64,000 nucleotides of DNA from a virus. The stretch spans positions 3,108 through 67,107 of IMG/VR virus record IMGVR_UViG_3300031730_000003. One strand, given 5' to 3'. Both the position numbers and the translations under genes were made by a program. This document shows, one piece after another, positions 1-9,974 of the stretch. The notes under the pieces are model-generated. The model saw nothing but the letters and a program-made list of their open reading frames with translations, was not told the origin of the DNA and did no database searches. Numbering within the stretch: the first letter of the stretch is position 1; each line of letters begins with the position of its first letter.

Positions 1-3000
1 CATGGCCTTGATCTCTCGGCCGAAGTCGCCCGGGTTGGTGAACAGGCGCTTGAAGCCGTCCATGTCCCGGATGAAGGCGCCACGCTGGTCGGCGTTGTGG
101 AAGCCGTCCATCTGGATCCGGCCGCCGGCGGTGTTCAGCGCCTGCACCATCTTGCGCGCCTCGGGGGGCAACATCGCTGGATCACCGAGATACCAGTTCC
201 GCAGCTTGGCGCCCTTGATGATCGTGGGGACGGTGCCGGTGACGAGGTTGATGCCTGGCACCATGCCGATGGCAGCGTGCCCGAGGCCGGCGGCGGCTTC
301 CTTGATGTTGCCCTTCGCCGCGCCGGCCACGGCCTGGTCGATGCCGCGCGCAGCGGCGCTGATCATGGTGTCAGCCGTGACGAAGGTGGCGTGGAAGCCG
401 GAGAGGCCAAGCTGCGCCATGTTCAGCGCGTTGCCGACCTGCCGGATGGTGTCGTAGATCGGGCTGCGGCCGGCGAGCCCCTGCGAGACGTAGTTGTTGA
501 AGACCCGGGCGACCGGCTCGGGGGCGTAGTAGGCGCCGGGGGCTGCCGGGCCCTTGGCCGTGGGCAGGCGCGGCTGGAACAGCCGGTCTTCCAGCTTCTC
601 CCAGCCGGCCGACTTAGCGGCGCTTTCCTGGCTGTGTGGCACCCAGGCCGCCATGTGGCTCTGCTTGATGGCCTCGCCCAGCGTGGTGCCGTGGTAGAAC
701 TTCTGCATCTCAAGCAGTTTCAGGAACTGCATGCGCACCGGATTCGTGGTCACCGGGATGAGCCCGGCATCCATGGCTTCCTTCAGCGTGGCGAAGGTGC
801 GCTGCTTCAGGAAAGCACCGGAGCCTGAAATGGGCGCCTTGGCCTGCATGGCGGCGTACTGCTGGCGCAGCTTGTCGCGGAGTTCCGGCGGCGTCAGCGG
901 CGCCTCGCCGCGGCTCCACTCGTCATAGTTGCTGTATGCCCGACCCATGTAGTCGGCATTGGCTTCCCGCAGAAGCGGCCGGTCGATCAGGCGGCCAAGC
1001 TGCTGGATTTTCGCGGTCCAGCCGTCGAGTTCCTTGCGGGTGCCGTCGACGACGCGCTGCAACTCTGGATTGGCCTGGGGCTGGCGCGTCTCGGCCTTGT
1101 GCCAGACGTCAAGCTGCTCGGCCTCTGGTAGCCGGTCGATCTCGCGCACCAGCTTGTCGAGCGCATGGCCGGTCTTGGCGGCCGACTGCGCGCGCTCGGC
1201 GGCGCTGCGGCGGACCACGGCTTCCATGGCGTCGGCACCGGGCCGGGACGTCGGGCTGAGCCAGCGCTGGAGGTTGTCGACCACGTCCTTGGCGAGGTTC
1301 TTGCGCTCGGTCGCCAGGGGAAGCCGGCCCTGGTTGCGGGCGGCGAACAGCGCGTCGTCCTCGGGTTCCCGGGCGGACTGCTTCGCCGGCTCCTCGGGGG
1401 CCGCGCGGGGTCCTTCCGGCACGCCTTCCTGCCCCTCGCGTTCGCCATGCAGCAAAGACCGGAACACGTCGTCGCTGGTGCGGAAGCCCTGACCACGCAG
1501 GGCCTGACCGACGCCGACCACGAAGTTGCGCATGTTGCGGGCCGCGCGCAGCACCGCCGGCGGCTCCTTCATGCCGTAGGACAGGGCTTCCTCGGCCAGC
1601 CGGGCGACTGCTTCCTCGCGCAGGATGGCGCGATCGGCCTTGGGATAGGCCTTCTTCAGCGCCGCCTCGTTCTCCGGCTTCTTCAGCCAGCGCTCGGCGG
1701 CGAGGTTCAGTGCCTTGTGCTCGGCCGGCGTCAGCAGCCCAAGCTTTGGGTCGACCAGGGCGTGGATCACCTCGTGGAACAGCTTCAGCGGCACTTCGCC
1801 GGGCGGCGTGTCCATGGCGAATTCGATGAGGCCCCTGCGGTAGGAGGCGTCCGCGCCGCCATCCAGCAGCCGGTCGACCAGCTTCAGCCCGACGCGCGGC
1901 GGCAGCCCGACGTAGCGCATGAAGGCCTGCATCGTGCGGTAGAGCAGTTCCCGCGCCTGCTTCACTTCCTCTGGCTGGCCCTTGGACTGCGCCGCGGCGT
2001 GCTCCTCGGCCACCTTAGCCTCCCGCGCCGCGAACATCGCCTCCTGACCCTTCGGCGCATCGCCGCGCAGGCTCCGCATGATCTCCGTCGGGTCGCTGAT
2101 CGTGTGGCCTTCGAGGATCGCCGGCCGCTGCTTCTGGGCCCGTGCCGCGTACTCGGCCAGGAAGTCCGCCACCGGCTTGCGCCCGGCCGGCTGGCGCATG
2201 CCATCGTCGCGGAAGAAGTTGCGCAGGATGCCCACAGCCTCGGCGCTGACCGGCGGCTTCTCGAAGTCCACCTGCGACAGCACATCCTTCACCGACCGCC
2301 CCAGGCGTCGTGCCTCGGCCAGTGTCTCGACGGCTTCGACCAATGGGCGCGTGATGTCCAGGCTGCGCGGGATGTCGCCACGCTCGGCGGCGGCGCGAAG
2401 CTGGGCCCAGGAGCCGGCCATGTCCTGCATGGCGCCGGCGACCGCCTTCATGCCCTCGCTTTCGGAATTGAGGAACCGGTTCAGCACCGCGCCGGCCTCA
2501 TCGCCATAGGCGTGCGCCATGACGGCACGGGAGATGCGGTCGGCCCCGTCGGGCGATAGGTTGCCATTGGCGTCGACCATGCGACCGCGCTCGGTGGCCG
2601 GCAGCGCAGCCATGAAAGCCCGCACGAAGCCCCTGTTGCTCGCCGAGGTGGCAGAGGTGCCTTCCCACAGGTTCATGGCCTGGGCAGCCCTTGTGGCGTC
2701 CGCACGGGCCGCTTCAGCCGGGGACATGGCCATGTTGGTACGGTCATTGGCCTCGATCGCGAAGACCGGCCGTTGCTCCGGCGCCAAGTCGCTGACACGA
2801 CGCGACACCAGCACCGGGTTCTGCAGGCCGGCCGTGTCGTAGCCCTGGCTTTCCAGCCACGCCATGTAGGCGTCGCGCTTCGGGCGCAGCGCCGGATCGG
2901 TGAGGACTCTGGTGAGCGCCATGACGCGGCCATTGCCGGACTCGACGGCGCCGTCCGGCCCGATGATGGGCGCACCGGTAGTGACGTCGGGGCCCGGCGC

Positions 3001-4860
3001 GAGCAGTTCCGGCCGGAGGTTGCCGGCGATCTCCTGGACCTGGGCCTGCGAGGCGGCCTGCGAGCGGTCCCGCGGCTGGAGCTCGGCCGGGTAGGCTGGG
3101 TTCACGCGCCCGTCGGGGTGGTTGCTGGGCACGAGTTGCGACAGGTCGACCAGTTCCGGGCGCAGGGTGATCTCGGCGCCGGACGGAGTGAAGGCGCGGA
3201 ATGGCTCGGCGGCTTCCGGTTGACTCGGAGCTCCTTCGCGTTGACTAACCGCGTCCTCCGGTTGACTAAGTGGCGTTTCCGGTTGACTCGGCACCTCGGC
3301 CCGGGGCGGCGGTGCGGTCGATACCCCAGCCTTGCGGGCCGCCATGTCCTCGGCGCTGATGGGCCGACCGATTGCCTCGATCTCAGCCGTCTGTATGCGC
3401 TGCGCCTCGCGCGGGCCGACGCCGTCAACCTGCTGGATTTCGGCCAGGGTGCGGATGCGAGTGGGGGCGGGTGGGATAGTCGGTTCCGGCGGGGCTGAAA
3501 CCTGGACTTCAGGCGCGGCCGCAGCTGGCGGTTGGCTGATTTCTGCGGTGGGAGGGATGGTAGCGGGCGGGGCTGAAACGGTCGGTTCCGCGGGCGGAGT
3601 TTCGACCTCTGGGACCTTCAGCTCGGGCTGCTGCTGGTGCGTGCCGGCGGCGATGTCGTCCAGCACGTTCAGCGCCGAGCGCATCGCGGGCGGCTCGCCG
3701 CCGGGAGCGGGAGGTGGCGGGGACTCTGCTGACGGCGGCGGTGGCGGCTCGGGCTGCTTGCCCTGCGCGATGTCCGCCAGCACCTGCTGCGCCCGGGCGA
3801 GTTCCCGCGTGTTCGCATCCGCCATGGGCGCCACCGCGCGCCGGGCGCCTTCGGTGACACCATGGGCGACAGTGCCGCCGAGTGGGATCAGCGCACCGAG
3901 GAAGGCGCCTTCCATCGTCGCATCAGCCACACCCTGTGTCAGCGGGCGTTCAGGGTCGAAGGTCTGCTGGGCCACGTAGTTGTCAGCGAATTTTCCCAAC
4001 GCCGTGAGGCTGCCGAACTCGATGCCCCCCTTGGTCAGATTCACCAGCGTGTTGGCAAAAGGCTCGCGGAAGGCCGCCGGGATACGGCCGAAAACACGGG
4101 CGACTGGCAGGCTCATGATACCTGCCTGTGCGGTCGCATTGGCCATCGCCGCCGACACCGCTTGTTCCTCTGGCACGCCTTTGGCCCGGGCCTGCTCCAG
4201 CGTCCCTGCGTAAGTCTGCGGCCAGATGACCGCCGACGCGCCGAGTGCCGCGCCTGCTGGGCCGCCGGCTGCACCGCCGATGATCATGGTCGGGAGTGCC
4301 GTTACAAGACTGCCGGCCGACCGCGCTACCCCTGTCCCGAAACCTTCCTGCGTGGGGGAAACGGGGTTGTCCTGCTGCACGTTGGCGGAAATGTCGCGCC
4401 CGGCCTCCATCAGCGCATTCGGCGGGGCTGTCGCCGCTTCCTGCCGCAGCCCGGCGATCTTGGCGCGAAGCTCGGCGCGACGCTCTGGGCTCGCGCCTTG
4501 GTACTGGATGATCTGGGGCGGAGTGGCCAGCGGATTGGGAGCGCGCTCGCCGCGGTCTACTCGGTCCATCATCTCCAGCAGGCTGGTGGCTGCGCGATTG
4601 CCGAGGCCTCGCGGGATTTCCCCGACGCCTTGAACCGCCTGCCCTACGCCACCGACAGCGCCCTGAATGGCCGCATTTGCCAACGCCCCAGCATAGGACT
4701 GGTCGCTGGTATCGGCTGGCTCGTCCGGGAGCGTCTCAGCCTGCGCAACCTTGGTGGCGAACGGATCTCCCTGCACCGGCTCGAACTTCCAGCCGCCACT
4801 CCCTCCCGCCGGCGGTGCCTTGAACGGGTCGCCTTCTACGGGAACGAGGTTCCATGCCAT
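1..4860 (-). CDS. Large polyvalent protein / internal virion (ejection) protein, >1620 aa, runs off the left edge; DdrB-like ParB domain plus HExxH metallopeptidase-like domain
   Basis: ATG at 4860 just after the stop of the upstream gene (MAWNLVPVEGDPF...). Absent from the ORF track, which lists no minus-strand ORF in this frame, consistent with no stop inside the window. Manual translation gives GAPIIGPDGAVESGNGRVMAL (~2915-2975) and LFHEVIH...REEAVAR (~1600-1780). Confidence 0.85.
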   Translation of the reverse strand, partial: MAWNLVPVEGDPFKAPPAGGSGGWKFEPVQGDPFATKVAQAETLPDEPADTSDQSYAGALANAAIQGAVGGVGQAVQGVGEIPRGLGNRAATSLLEMMDRVDRGERAPNPLATPPQIIQYQGASPERRAELRAKIAGLRQEAATAPPNALMEAGRDISANVQQDNPVSPTQEGFGTGVARSAGSLVTALPTMIIGGAAGGPAGAALGASAVIWPQTYAGTLEQARAKGVPEEQAVSAAMANATAQAGIMSLPVARVFGRIPAAFREPFANTLVNLTKGGIEFGSLTALGKFADNYVAQQTFDPERPLTQGVADATMEGAFLGALIPLGGTVAHGVTEGARRAVAPMADANTRELARAQQVLADIAQGKQPEPPPPPSAESPPPPAPGGEPPAMRSALNVLDDIAAGTHQQQPELKVPEVETPPAEPTVSAPPATIPPTAEISQPPAAAAPEVQVSAPPEPTIPPAPTRIRTLAEIQQVDGVGPREAQRIQTAEIEAIGRPISAEDMAARKAGVSTAPPPRAEVPSQPETPLSQPEDAVSQREGAPSQPEAAEPFRAFTPSGAEITLRPELVDLSQLVPSNHPDGRVNPAYPAELQPRDRSQAASQAQVQEIAGNLRPELLAPGPDVTTGAPIIGPDGAVESGNGRVMALTRVLTDPALRPKRDAYMAWLESQGYDTAGLQNPVLVSRRVSDLAPEQRPVFAIEANDRTNMAMSPAEAARADATRAAQAMNLWEGTSATSASNRGFVRAFMAALPATERGRMVDANGNLSPDGADRISRAVMAHAYGDEAGAVLNRFLNSESEGMKAVAGAMQDMAGSWAQLRAAAERGDIPRSLDITRPLVEAVETLAEARRLGRSVKDVLSQVDFEKPPVSAEAVGILRNFFRDDGMRQPAGRKPVADFLAEYAARAQKQRPAILEGHTISDPTEIMRSLRGDAPKGQEAMFAAREAKVAEEHAAAQSKGQPEEVKQARELLYRTMQAFMRYVGLPPRVGLKLVDRLLDGGADASYRRGLIEFAMDTPPGEVPLKLFHEVIHALVDPKLGLLTPAEHKALNLAAERWLKKPENEAALKKAYPKADRAILREEAVARLAEEALSYGMKEPPAVLRAARNMRNFVVGVGQALRGQGFRTSDDVFRSLLHGEREGQEGVPEGPRAAPEEPAKQSAREPEDDALFAARNQGRLPLATERKNLAKDVVDNLQRWLSPTSRPGADAMEAVVRRSAAERAQSAAKTGHALDKLVREIDRLPEAEQLDVWHKAETRQPQANPELQRVVDGTRKELDGWTAKIQQLGRLIDRPLLREANADYMGRAYSNYDEWSRGEAPLTPPELRDKLRQQYAAMQAKAPISGSGAFLKQRTFATLKEAMDAGLIPVTTNPVRMQFLKLLEMQKFYHGTTLGEAIKQSHMAAWVPHSQESAAKSAGWEKLEDRLFQPRLPTAKGPAAPGAYYAPEPVARVFNNYVSQGLAGRSPIYDTIRQVGNALNMAQLGLSGFHATFVTADTMISAAARGIDQAVAGAAKGNIKEAAAGLGHAAIGMVPGINLVTGTVPTIIKGAKLRNWYLGDPAMLPPEARKMVQALNTAGGRIQMDGFHNADQRGAFIRDMDGFKRLFTNPGDFGREIKAM
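3214..3297. repeat. Four imperfect 21-bp tandem repeats with invariant GTTGACT core (encode SQPE/SQRE heptads)
   Basis: ttccggttgact at 3214, ttcgcgttgact at 3235, ctccggttgact at 3256, ttccggttgact at 3277. Confidence 0.85.
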
Positions 4861-4861
4861 T

Positions 4862-7800
4862 TCACGGTCCGGTCTGAACAGCCTTCAGCCAGCCACCCTT
4901 ACCATCCGGCACGAACCAGTCGCCAGCGCCATTCTGGCGCGCACCGGCGGGGAGCCCGGCTGGCGCATTCGCGGCCGGAGGTGGCGCGGCACCGGCTGGC
5001 GCTGCGCTACGGGCATTGGCCTGCGCGCCGCCGGTGATCGTCCGCGCACCCTTGATCGCCTCGTCGACGCTCTTGCCGGCACCGATCAGGGAGCGCGTGG
5101 TCGCCAGCTCCTGGTCGGTCATGCCCTTGATGACCTTCTGCTGGTCGTTGGTCACGGCGCGGTTGAAGCGGTCGCGCGCCAGGGCGATCGTGTCCTGCCG
5201 AGCCGCCAATTGGGCCGTCTGGTACTCGTTCATCGGCCTGGCGCCGACCCGCACACCGGTGGCATGCACGCCAGTCTTGTCGGCGACGATCGCGTTGCCC
5301 TCGTCGTCCGTGCCGATGTAGTTCGGCCGCCCTGCCTGTTCCTCCATGACCTGGTTGTGCCGCTGCGTCTCGCCTAGGTGGCCGCCGGAGATCGCAAGCT
5401 GCTTGTTCTGGTGGTCGATCTGCGCCGCCAGCTTCTCCGCTGCCTGCTGCGCCGACGCGGCGCGCCACTCGCGCTGCATCTGCACGGCGTCCTTGCGGGC
5501 CTGGACCGCCTCGCGCCGCACGGCATTCTGAGCGGCGATCTGCTTCTGCTGCTGCAGATCGGTCAGCCCGGCCATGGCCCCGGCGCCGATGTTGGTCAGC
5601 GCGTGCGGCGACTTGCCTGCGGCCATGGCAAAGCCGGCCTTGGCAACCGAGAGCCATGGGTCTGCCTTGAGCATTGGGTCCTCGGTCGCCGCCGGCGTCC
5701 AGCCACCACCGCTTGTGCCATCGCCCCCGTCAGGTGCGCCGGGCGGGACTGGCGGTGGTGGCGGGATGCCCATGTTGGGGCCGGCGGCAGCCCCCAAGCC
5801 GCCGCCCTGCGGGGCCATGCCAGGCCCTGTTGCCGCAGCCAAGCCGCCGCTGGGAGCCTGCCATGGCGCCTCGCCGCGGGGATCGGTGGAAATGCCGACG
5901 GGAGTTCCGCTGACGTCGATCACGGAGGAATTGTCGCCGGTGTCGGGGGGCATCTGGTCGATCGGATCGGCAAAGTCCGGCGTATTGCCGCTGACGAGAC
6001 CGGGATCTAGGTCGCCCCACGGTGTCGTCGGGAGAAGGCCGCCAGCATCGCGGTGCAGCGGGCCGCCGCGGCGCATGCCGCGTGCCTCGGCTGTGGCGTC
6101 GCCCTGCGCGCCGATATCTGGCCCACCACCGAGACCGCCGCCGTTATCCCCTCCGCTCAGCGAGTTCGTCGCACCGCCGGTGATGTCGCCCATGGGACCG
6201 CTCATGCCGCCGACGCCGCCAGCCAGGCCAGCCATGGCGCCGGTGCCGAAGCCTCCTGCACCGACGTCGGGGTTAACCTCGATCTCCTTGCCGCTAAGGC
6301 CGTCGACGCTGCTAGAGGTCGAAGTCGGGGTGCCGAACAAATCCTTGATGGCACTGATCGCGGCCTTGCTGGGCGATCCCGTCTTGCCATTGGAAGCCGC
6401 CAAGGCGCCGACGAAGCCTGCCGCCCCTAGCGGACCGCCGAAGACTGCCCCAAGGCCACTGGCTACAGCGCTGGCAAAATCACCGAAGTTGGAGACGGAC
6501 CCGTTGAAGCCCTGGTCCGTGGCGCCGGCACCGCCGTTGCTGCCAGACTCGGTCCGTGCCGCAACGCCGGTGGCGTCGAGGCCGCCGGTGCCAGCCCCCC
6601 CTGTCGTGCTGCCCGACGGATTGAAGTCCACCGTGGGGAAGTTGTACGACACGGGCGGCGGCGCATTCCAACCGGGAACCTGGGAATTCAGATAGTCCTG
6701 CGTCGAATTGCCACCGTCGGTGCCGGTGCGCAGCATCGGTACACCGATGCCGCCCGCGTAGCTCGACGGATTGACGGTCACCAGCGGGCTCGACGGCAGA
6801 GAGCCGCCGGCGGCGCGGCGCACGCGATGGCCCGGGAACGGGATCAGGATACCGCGGGGCTCGTCCGGCACGGCGCCGCCACGCTTCGAGAACAGGTTCG
6901 TCAGCCAGCCATTCGATCCGAAGCCGCCGGTGCCCCCAATCAGGCCTGTAGCGCCAAGCGCGAGGCCCCCAAGCTGCGAAACGGTGCTTGGTGCCGGCGC
7001 GCTGGTGGAACTCGTGCCGCCGGAGGCGCCCCCGAGCCCGGTGCCGATGCCGCTCAGCCAGGATGTGGTCTGGAACGGGTAGGCCTGCTGCGCCTGCCAC
7101 TGGTAGTACGGCACGTTCAGGCCGGCTTGCGCCTGCTGCTGCTGGGTGGCGCCAGAGGAGGCCAGTGCGTTGGCGCCGGCCAGCGAGCTCGTCAGCGCCT
7201 GATTGCCAAGCGCGGACATGCCGTAGCCGGTCTGCAGTCCGAGGCCGGCTTGTGTCGTCGCCGCGCCGAGGGCCTGGCCGCCGAGGCCGGCAATCCCCGC
7301 TCCAGCGCCCTGCTGAAGCTGTGCCTGTTGGCCGGCAGCGCCGAGGGCTTGGTTGCCCAGCGCCGTGTAGCCCTGCGCGCCCTGGAGCGCCAACGCTCGG
7401 CTCTGCGCATCGGCGCTGAGATTGACGCCCTGCTGCTGGTTGAACTCGTTCAGCGCCTGGCTATAGCCCTGATTGTAGAGCCCGGCGATCACCGGCGCTT
7501 GAGCGGTCTGCTGCTGCCCGGCCAGCACCGCCTTCGCGATGCCAGCCCGGTCGCCGCCCCAGGCGCCCTTCGAGATCAGGTTGCCGGTCAGGTCATTCTG
7601 CTGCTGCGCATTGGTGTTGTTGAACTGCGCCTGCGTGGCGTTGACCACGCTGTTGGTATAGGGGCTCGCGTACTGGTTCACCGCATTCGCCGAGAAGCCC
7701 GCCGGCGTGATCGCTGCTGACCCCGAACCGAAGCCGCTGGCGGCCTGCGTCTGCCACGGCGAGACGGTTCCGGTGAGGTCGGTGTTGCCCGACGCGTTGA

Positions 7801-8104
7801 AGTAGCTGCCGGCTGCGTTCGTGAACGGCGACAGCGTCGACCCCAGCGGGGCGTTCGCCTTGTCGTAGTAGCTGGCCGCGGAGTTGATGTATGGCGCCGC
7901 GATGCCTTGGCTATCGCGCACCTGCTGCATTGCCTGCAACTGGTCTGGCGACAGATCGGCCACCATCTGGCCGCCATATTGGGTGTACGGCGTAGCCGCG
8001 ACCGTCTGGGCGCGCGAGAAGATGTTCTTGTAGGCGTCCAGGAAGGCCTGGTTGGGCTGGGACGACGTCGTGGTTGTGTCAGTCCCCTTGCTGCTGCTGC
8101 CCAT
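4862..8104 (-). CDS. DNA transfer / ejection protein (Gly/Ala/Gln-rich, P22 pilot-protein-like)
   Basis: 1080 aa. N-terminus MGSSSKG..TTT..PYTQYGGQMVADLSPDQ, then NQYASPYTNSVVNAT, GAWGGDRAGIA and QQAYPFQ, typical of podoviral ejection proteins. Follows the GNAT gene. Confidence 0.75.
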   Translation of the reverse strand: MGSSSKGTDTTTTSSQPNQAFLDAYKNIFSRAQTVAATPYTQYGGQMVADLSPDQLQAMQQVRDSQGIAAPYINSAASYYDKANAPLGSTLSPFTNAAGSYFNASGNTDLTGTVSPWQTQAASGFGSGSAAITPAGFSANAVNQYASPYTNSVVNATQAQFNNTNAQQQNDLTGNLISKGAWGGDRAGIAKAVLAGQQQTAQAPVIAGLYNQGYSQALNEFNQQQGVNLSADAQSRALALQGAQGYTALGNQALGAAGQQAQLQQGAGAGIAGLGGQALGAATTQAGLGLQTGYGMSALGNQALTSSLAGANALASSGATQQQQAQAGLNVPYYQWQAQQAYPFQTTSWLSGIGTGLGGASGGTSSTSAPAPSTVSQLGGLALGATGLIGGTGGFGSNGWLTNLFSKRGGAVPDEPRGILIPFPGHRVRRAAGGSLPSSPLVTVNPSSYAGGIGVPMLRTGTDGGNSTQDYLNSQVPGWNAPPPVSYNFPTVDFNPSGSTTGGAGTGGLDATGVAARTESGSNGGAGATDQGFNGSVSNFGDFASAVASGLGAVFGGPLGAAGFVGALAASNGKTGSPSKAAISAIKDLFGTPTSTSSSVDGLSGKEIEVNPDVGAGGFGTGAMAGLAGGVGGMSGPMGDITGGATNSLSGGDNGGGLGGGPDIGAQGDATAEARGMRRGGPLHRDAGGLLPTTPWGDLDPGLVSGNTPDFADPIDQMPPDTGDNSSVIDVSGTPVGISTDPRGEAPWQAPSGGLAAATGPGMAPQGGGLGAAAGPNMGIPPPPPVPPGAPDGGDGTSGGGWTPAATEDPMLKADPWLSVAKAGFAMAAGKSPHALTNIGAGAMAGLTDLQQQKQIAAQNAVRREAVQARKDAVQMQREWRAASAQQAAEKLAAQIDHQNKQLAISGGHLGETQRHNQVMEEQAGRPNYIGTDDEGNAIVADKTGVHATGVRVGARPMNEYQTAQLAARQDTIALARDRFNRAVTNDQQKVIKGMTDQELATTRSLIGAGKSVDEAIKGARTITGGAQANARSAAPAGAAPPPAANAPAGLPAGARQNGAGDWFVPDGKGGWLKAVQTGP

Positions 8105-8107
8105 GCG

Positions 8108-8761
8108 TCAGCCCCCCGGGGGTTTCGGATAGATGAAAAAGGCGCCCGTCGGATTGCCGAACCGACGCCACATGCGCGCCTTCCGCTCAGCGCCATCGAC
8201 GTTCAGCACGCTGGTCATGAGGTAGATGCGATAGCCGAAGCCGCGCGTCCACTCGTCTGACACCCAATTCGCGAACTGCAACAGCCGGCGACCGAAGGCG
8301 GTGTGGCGATAGGCCGGGTCGACGAAGGAGGCCACCTCTCCGATATGACGCGCCTCGCTCCACCACCATTGCCGCGGCACCAGCACAATGTAGGCCGCCA
8401 GCCGGTTCGGCTCCTTGGCGGGGATCACGCCCACGATGCCGTCCTCCCGCTGCAGGCTTGGCCGCACTGCTGCGACAAGTCGATCTTCGCTGATCGGCGC
8501 GACGCCGGCGGCGCCGACCTCCTGAAGCTCCATCCGCATCAGCCGCAGGATTTCTGACTCGTCGGACTGCACGCCGATCTTGACTTCGGCGGGATACTCG
8601 AAGGGTCCGTTGATGGGCTCCTGTGGGCCGGCGTCCGCCAGCATCAGCCGCAGTGCCTTTCGGCCGGCGCGAAGGTCGCCGTTGCCGAGGTGAGCCAGTT
8701 GCTCGTCCGTGACCACGTAGCCGCCGGGCCCCTCGGGGAGCCGCTTCACCGCGGCGCTCAT
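8108..8761 (-). CDS. GNAT-fold acetyltransferase-like virion-module protein
   Basis: QWWWSEARHIGEVASFVDPAYRHTAFGRRLLQFA resembles GNAT motif A; usual position ahead of ejection genes. Confidence 0.7.
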   Translation of the reverse strand: MSAAVKRLPEGPGGYVVTDEQLAHLGNGDLRAGRKALRLMLADAGPQEPINGPFEYPAEVKIGVQSDESEILRLMRMELQEVGAAGVAPISEDRLVAAVRPSLQREDGIVGVIPAKEPNRLAAYIVLVPRQWWWSEARHIGEVASFVDPAYRHTAFGRRLLQFANWVSDEWTRGFGYRIYLMTSVLNVDGAERKARMWRRFGNPTGAFFIYPKPPGG

Positions 8762-9405
8762 GACTTCTTCGGCCCGGGCAGCTTGCGCATCGTGTCGGCA
8801 GTCTTCTTGCGGATATGGAGCACGAAGGCGTCGAGGATCTCGTGACCCTTCTTCATGTTGCCGGACCCCAGCGCCCGTACGTCAGCAGGGCTGACCACGT
8901 ACTCCCCGCCGGCGGCGATGATCGGGACGGGCTTCGGCACCCCGCCGCCGCGCGCCTCGTGCAGCACGCCGGGCGCCCGCGGCATCCCACGCTGCGCCAT
9001 TGCTGGCGCCGAGGTGCCCCACGGACCGCTGCGCAGCGCCAGGTCCAGGTGCTTGGCGCCGGCCAGCGTGTTGCCCTCGCCCAGTCCCGAGACGACGTCT
9101 GCCGGGATGACGTAGGAGCCGCCGGGCGGCGACATCTCGATCTTGTCGGTGCGGCCCGGTATGTTGGAGTGGATGAGGCCAGACGGGATTTGCTCGCCGC
9201 CGGCCTCGCGCCTGATAAAGGTCGGCACGGGAGGGGCGCCGCCGGTGGCGAAGGATGCCGCTGCGATGCCACCGCCGGCAGCGTGGCTGGAACGCTGTAC
9301 TCGATAGGCCGCCGCGAGACTTTGCGCCTGCGGGTGACCGGCCTTCATCATTTCAGCGACGTTGCTGCTGAAGGCATCTTTCGAGGCGCTGTGGATTAGC
9401 GGCAT
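8758..9405 (-). CDS. Conserved phage virion-module protein (xxGG-motif protein)
   Basis: MPL..S..AFSSNVAEMMKAGHPQAQSLAAAY N-terminus; PGRTD...GSYVIPADVVSGLGEGN...GGEYVVSP. Confidence 0.7.
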   Translation of the reverse strand: MPLIHSASKDAFSSNVAEMMKAGHPQAQSLAAAYRVQRSSHAAGGGIAAASFATGGAPPVPTFIRREAGGEQIPSGLIHSNIPGRTDKIEMSPPGGSYVIPADVVSGLGEGNTLAGAKHLDLALRSGPWGTSAPAMAQRGMPRAPGVLHEARGGGVPKPVPIIAAGGEYVVSPADVRALGSGNMKKGHEILDAFVLHIRKKTADTMRKLPGPKKS

Positions 9406-9432
9406 CGGCCATCTCCGGGGCGAACCGGCCGC

Positions 9433-9462
9433 AATCTACAGGACAGCGGCGCGAATTTGCTA
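9433..9462 (-). promoter_or_regulatory. Possible sigma70-type promoter for the ejection-protein genes
   Basis: TAGCAA-N18-TAGATT in the 9406-9482 intergenic gap. Confidence 0.3.
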
Positions 9463-9482
9463 GGGGTTGCGTCTCGGCGCCG

Positions 9483-9974
9483 TCACGTCCCCACATCTTG
9501 CAGCCACGTCGCGAGGCCAGCCACCCAGGTCAGACGCAGCACTTCCTTGGCGCCGACGCCGTTCAGATTGACCACTGTCGCGCCAGTGCCGTCGATGTTG
9601 GCGGTCACAGAAACCGTGCCGGCGCCGTAGCGCTTCACCGCAAGCTGGTGGCCGTCGGTCGTGCCGGCCGCCAAAGTCATAGCCACTGGAATGGCCGAAT
9701 TCACCAGTGCGAGGCTGTCCGTGACAGCGATGGCGCCGGCGGCGGTGTAGGTGGTGGTGATCGGCAGCGGCACGTCGCCCTGCGTCAGCACGACCACGCC
9801 AGTGCGCCCCGCGACGGATAGCACGGGCCCGGCCACCGAGACCGCTGTGATTGCCGCGGCGATGGCTTCAAGCTGGGCGAGGATGCGCCCCTGCAGCTTC
9901 ACCAGTTGCTGGAGAGGGTCGGCGACCTGCGTGAGCGAGGTGCCTGGGGCAGCCGGGTTGCCGAAGCCGCTCAT
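9483..9974 (-). CDS. Hypothetical tail-associated protein
   Basis: ATGA overlap with the upstream gene; VLSVAGRTGVVVLT fibre-type repeat. Confidence 0.65.
   Translation of the reverse strand: MSGFGNPAAPGTSLTQVADPLQQLVKLQGRILAQLEAIAAAITAVSVAGPVLSVAGRTGVVVLTQGDVPLPITTTYTAAGAIAVTDSLALVNSAIPVAMTLAAGTTDGHQLAVKRYGAGTVSVTANIDGTGATVVNLNGVGAKEVLRLTWVAGLATWLQDVGT

Noticed and set aside
3214-3297. Possible CRISPR or mini-array
   Set aside because: The period is only 21 bp, it is in frame within a CDS, there are no spacer-length unique segments and no cas genes.
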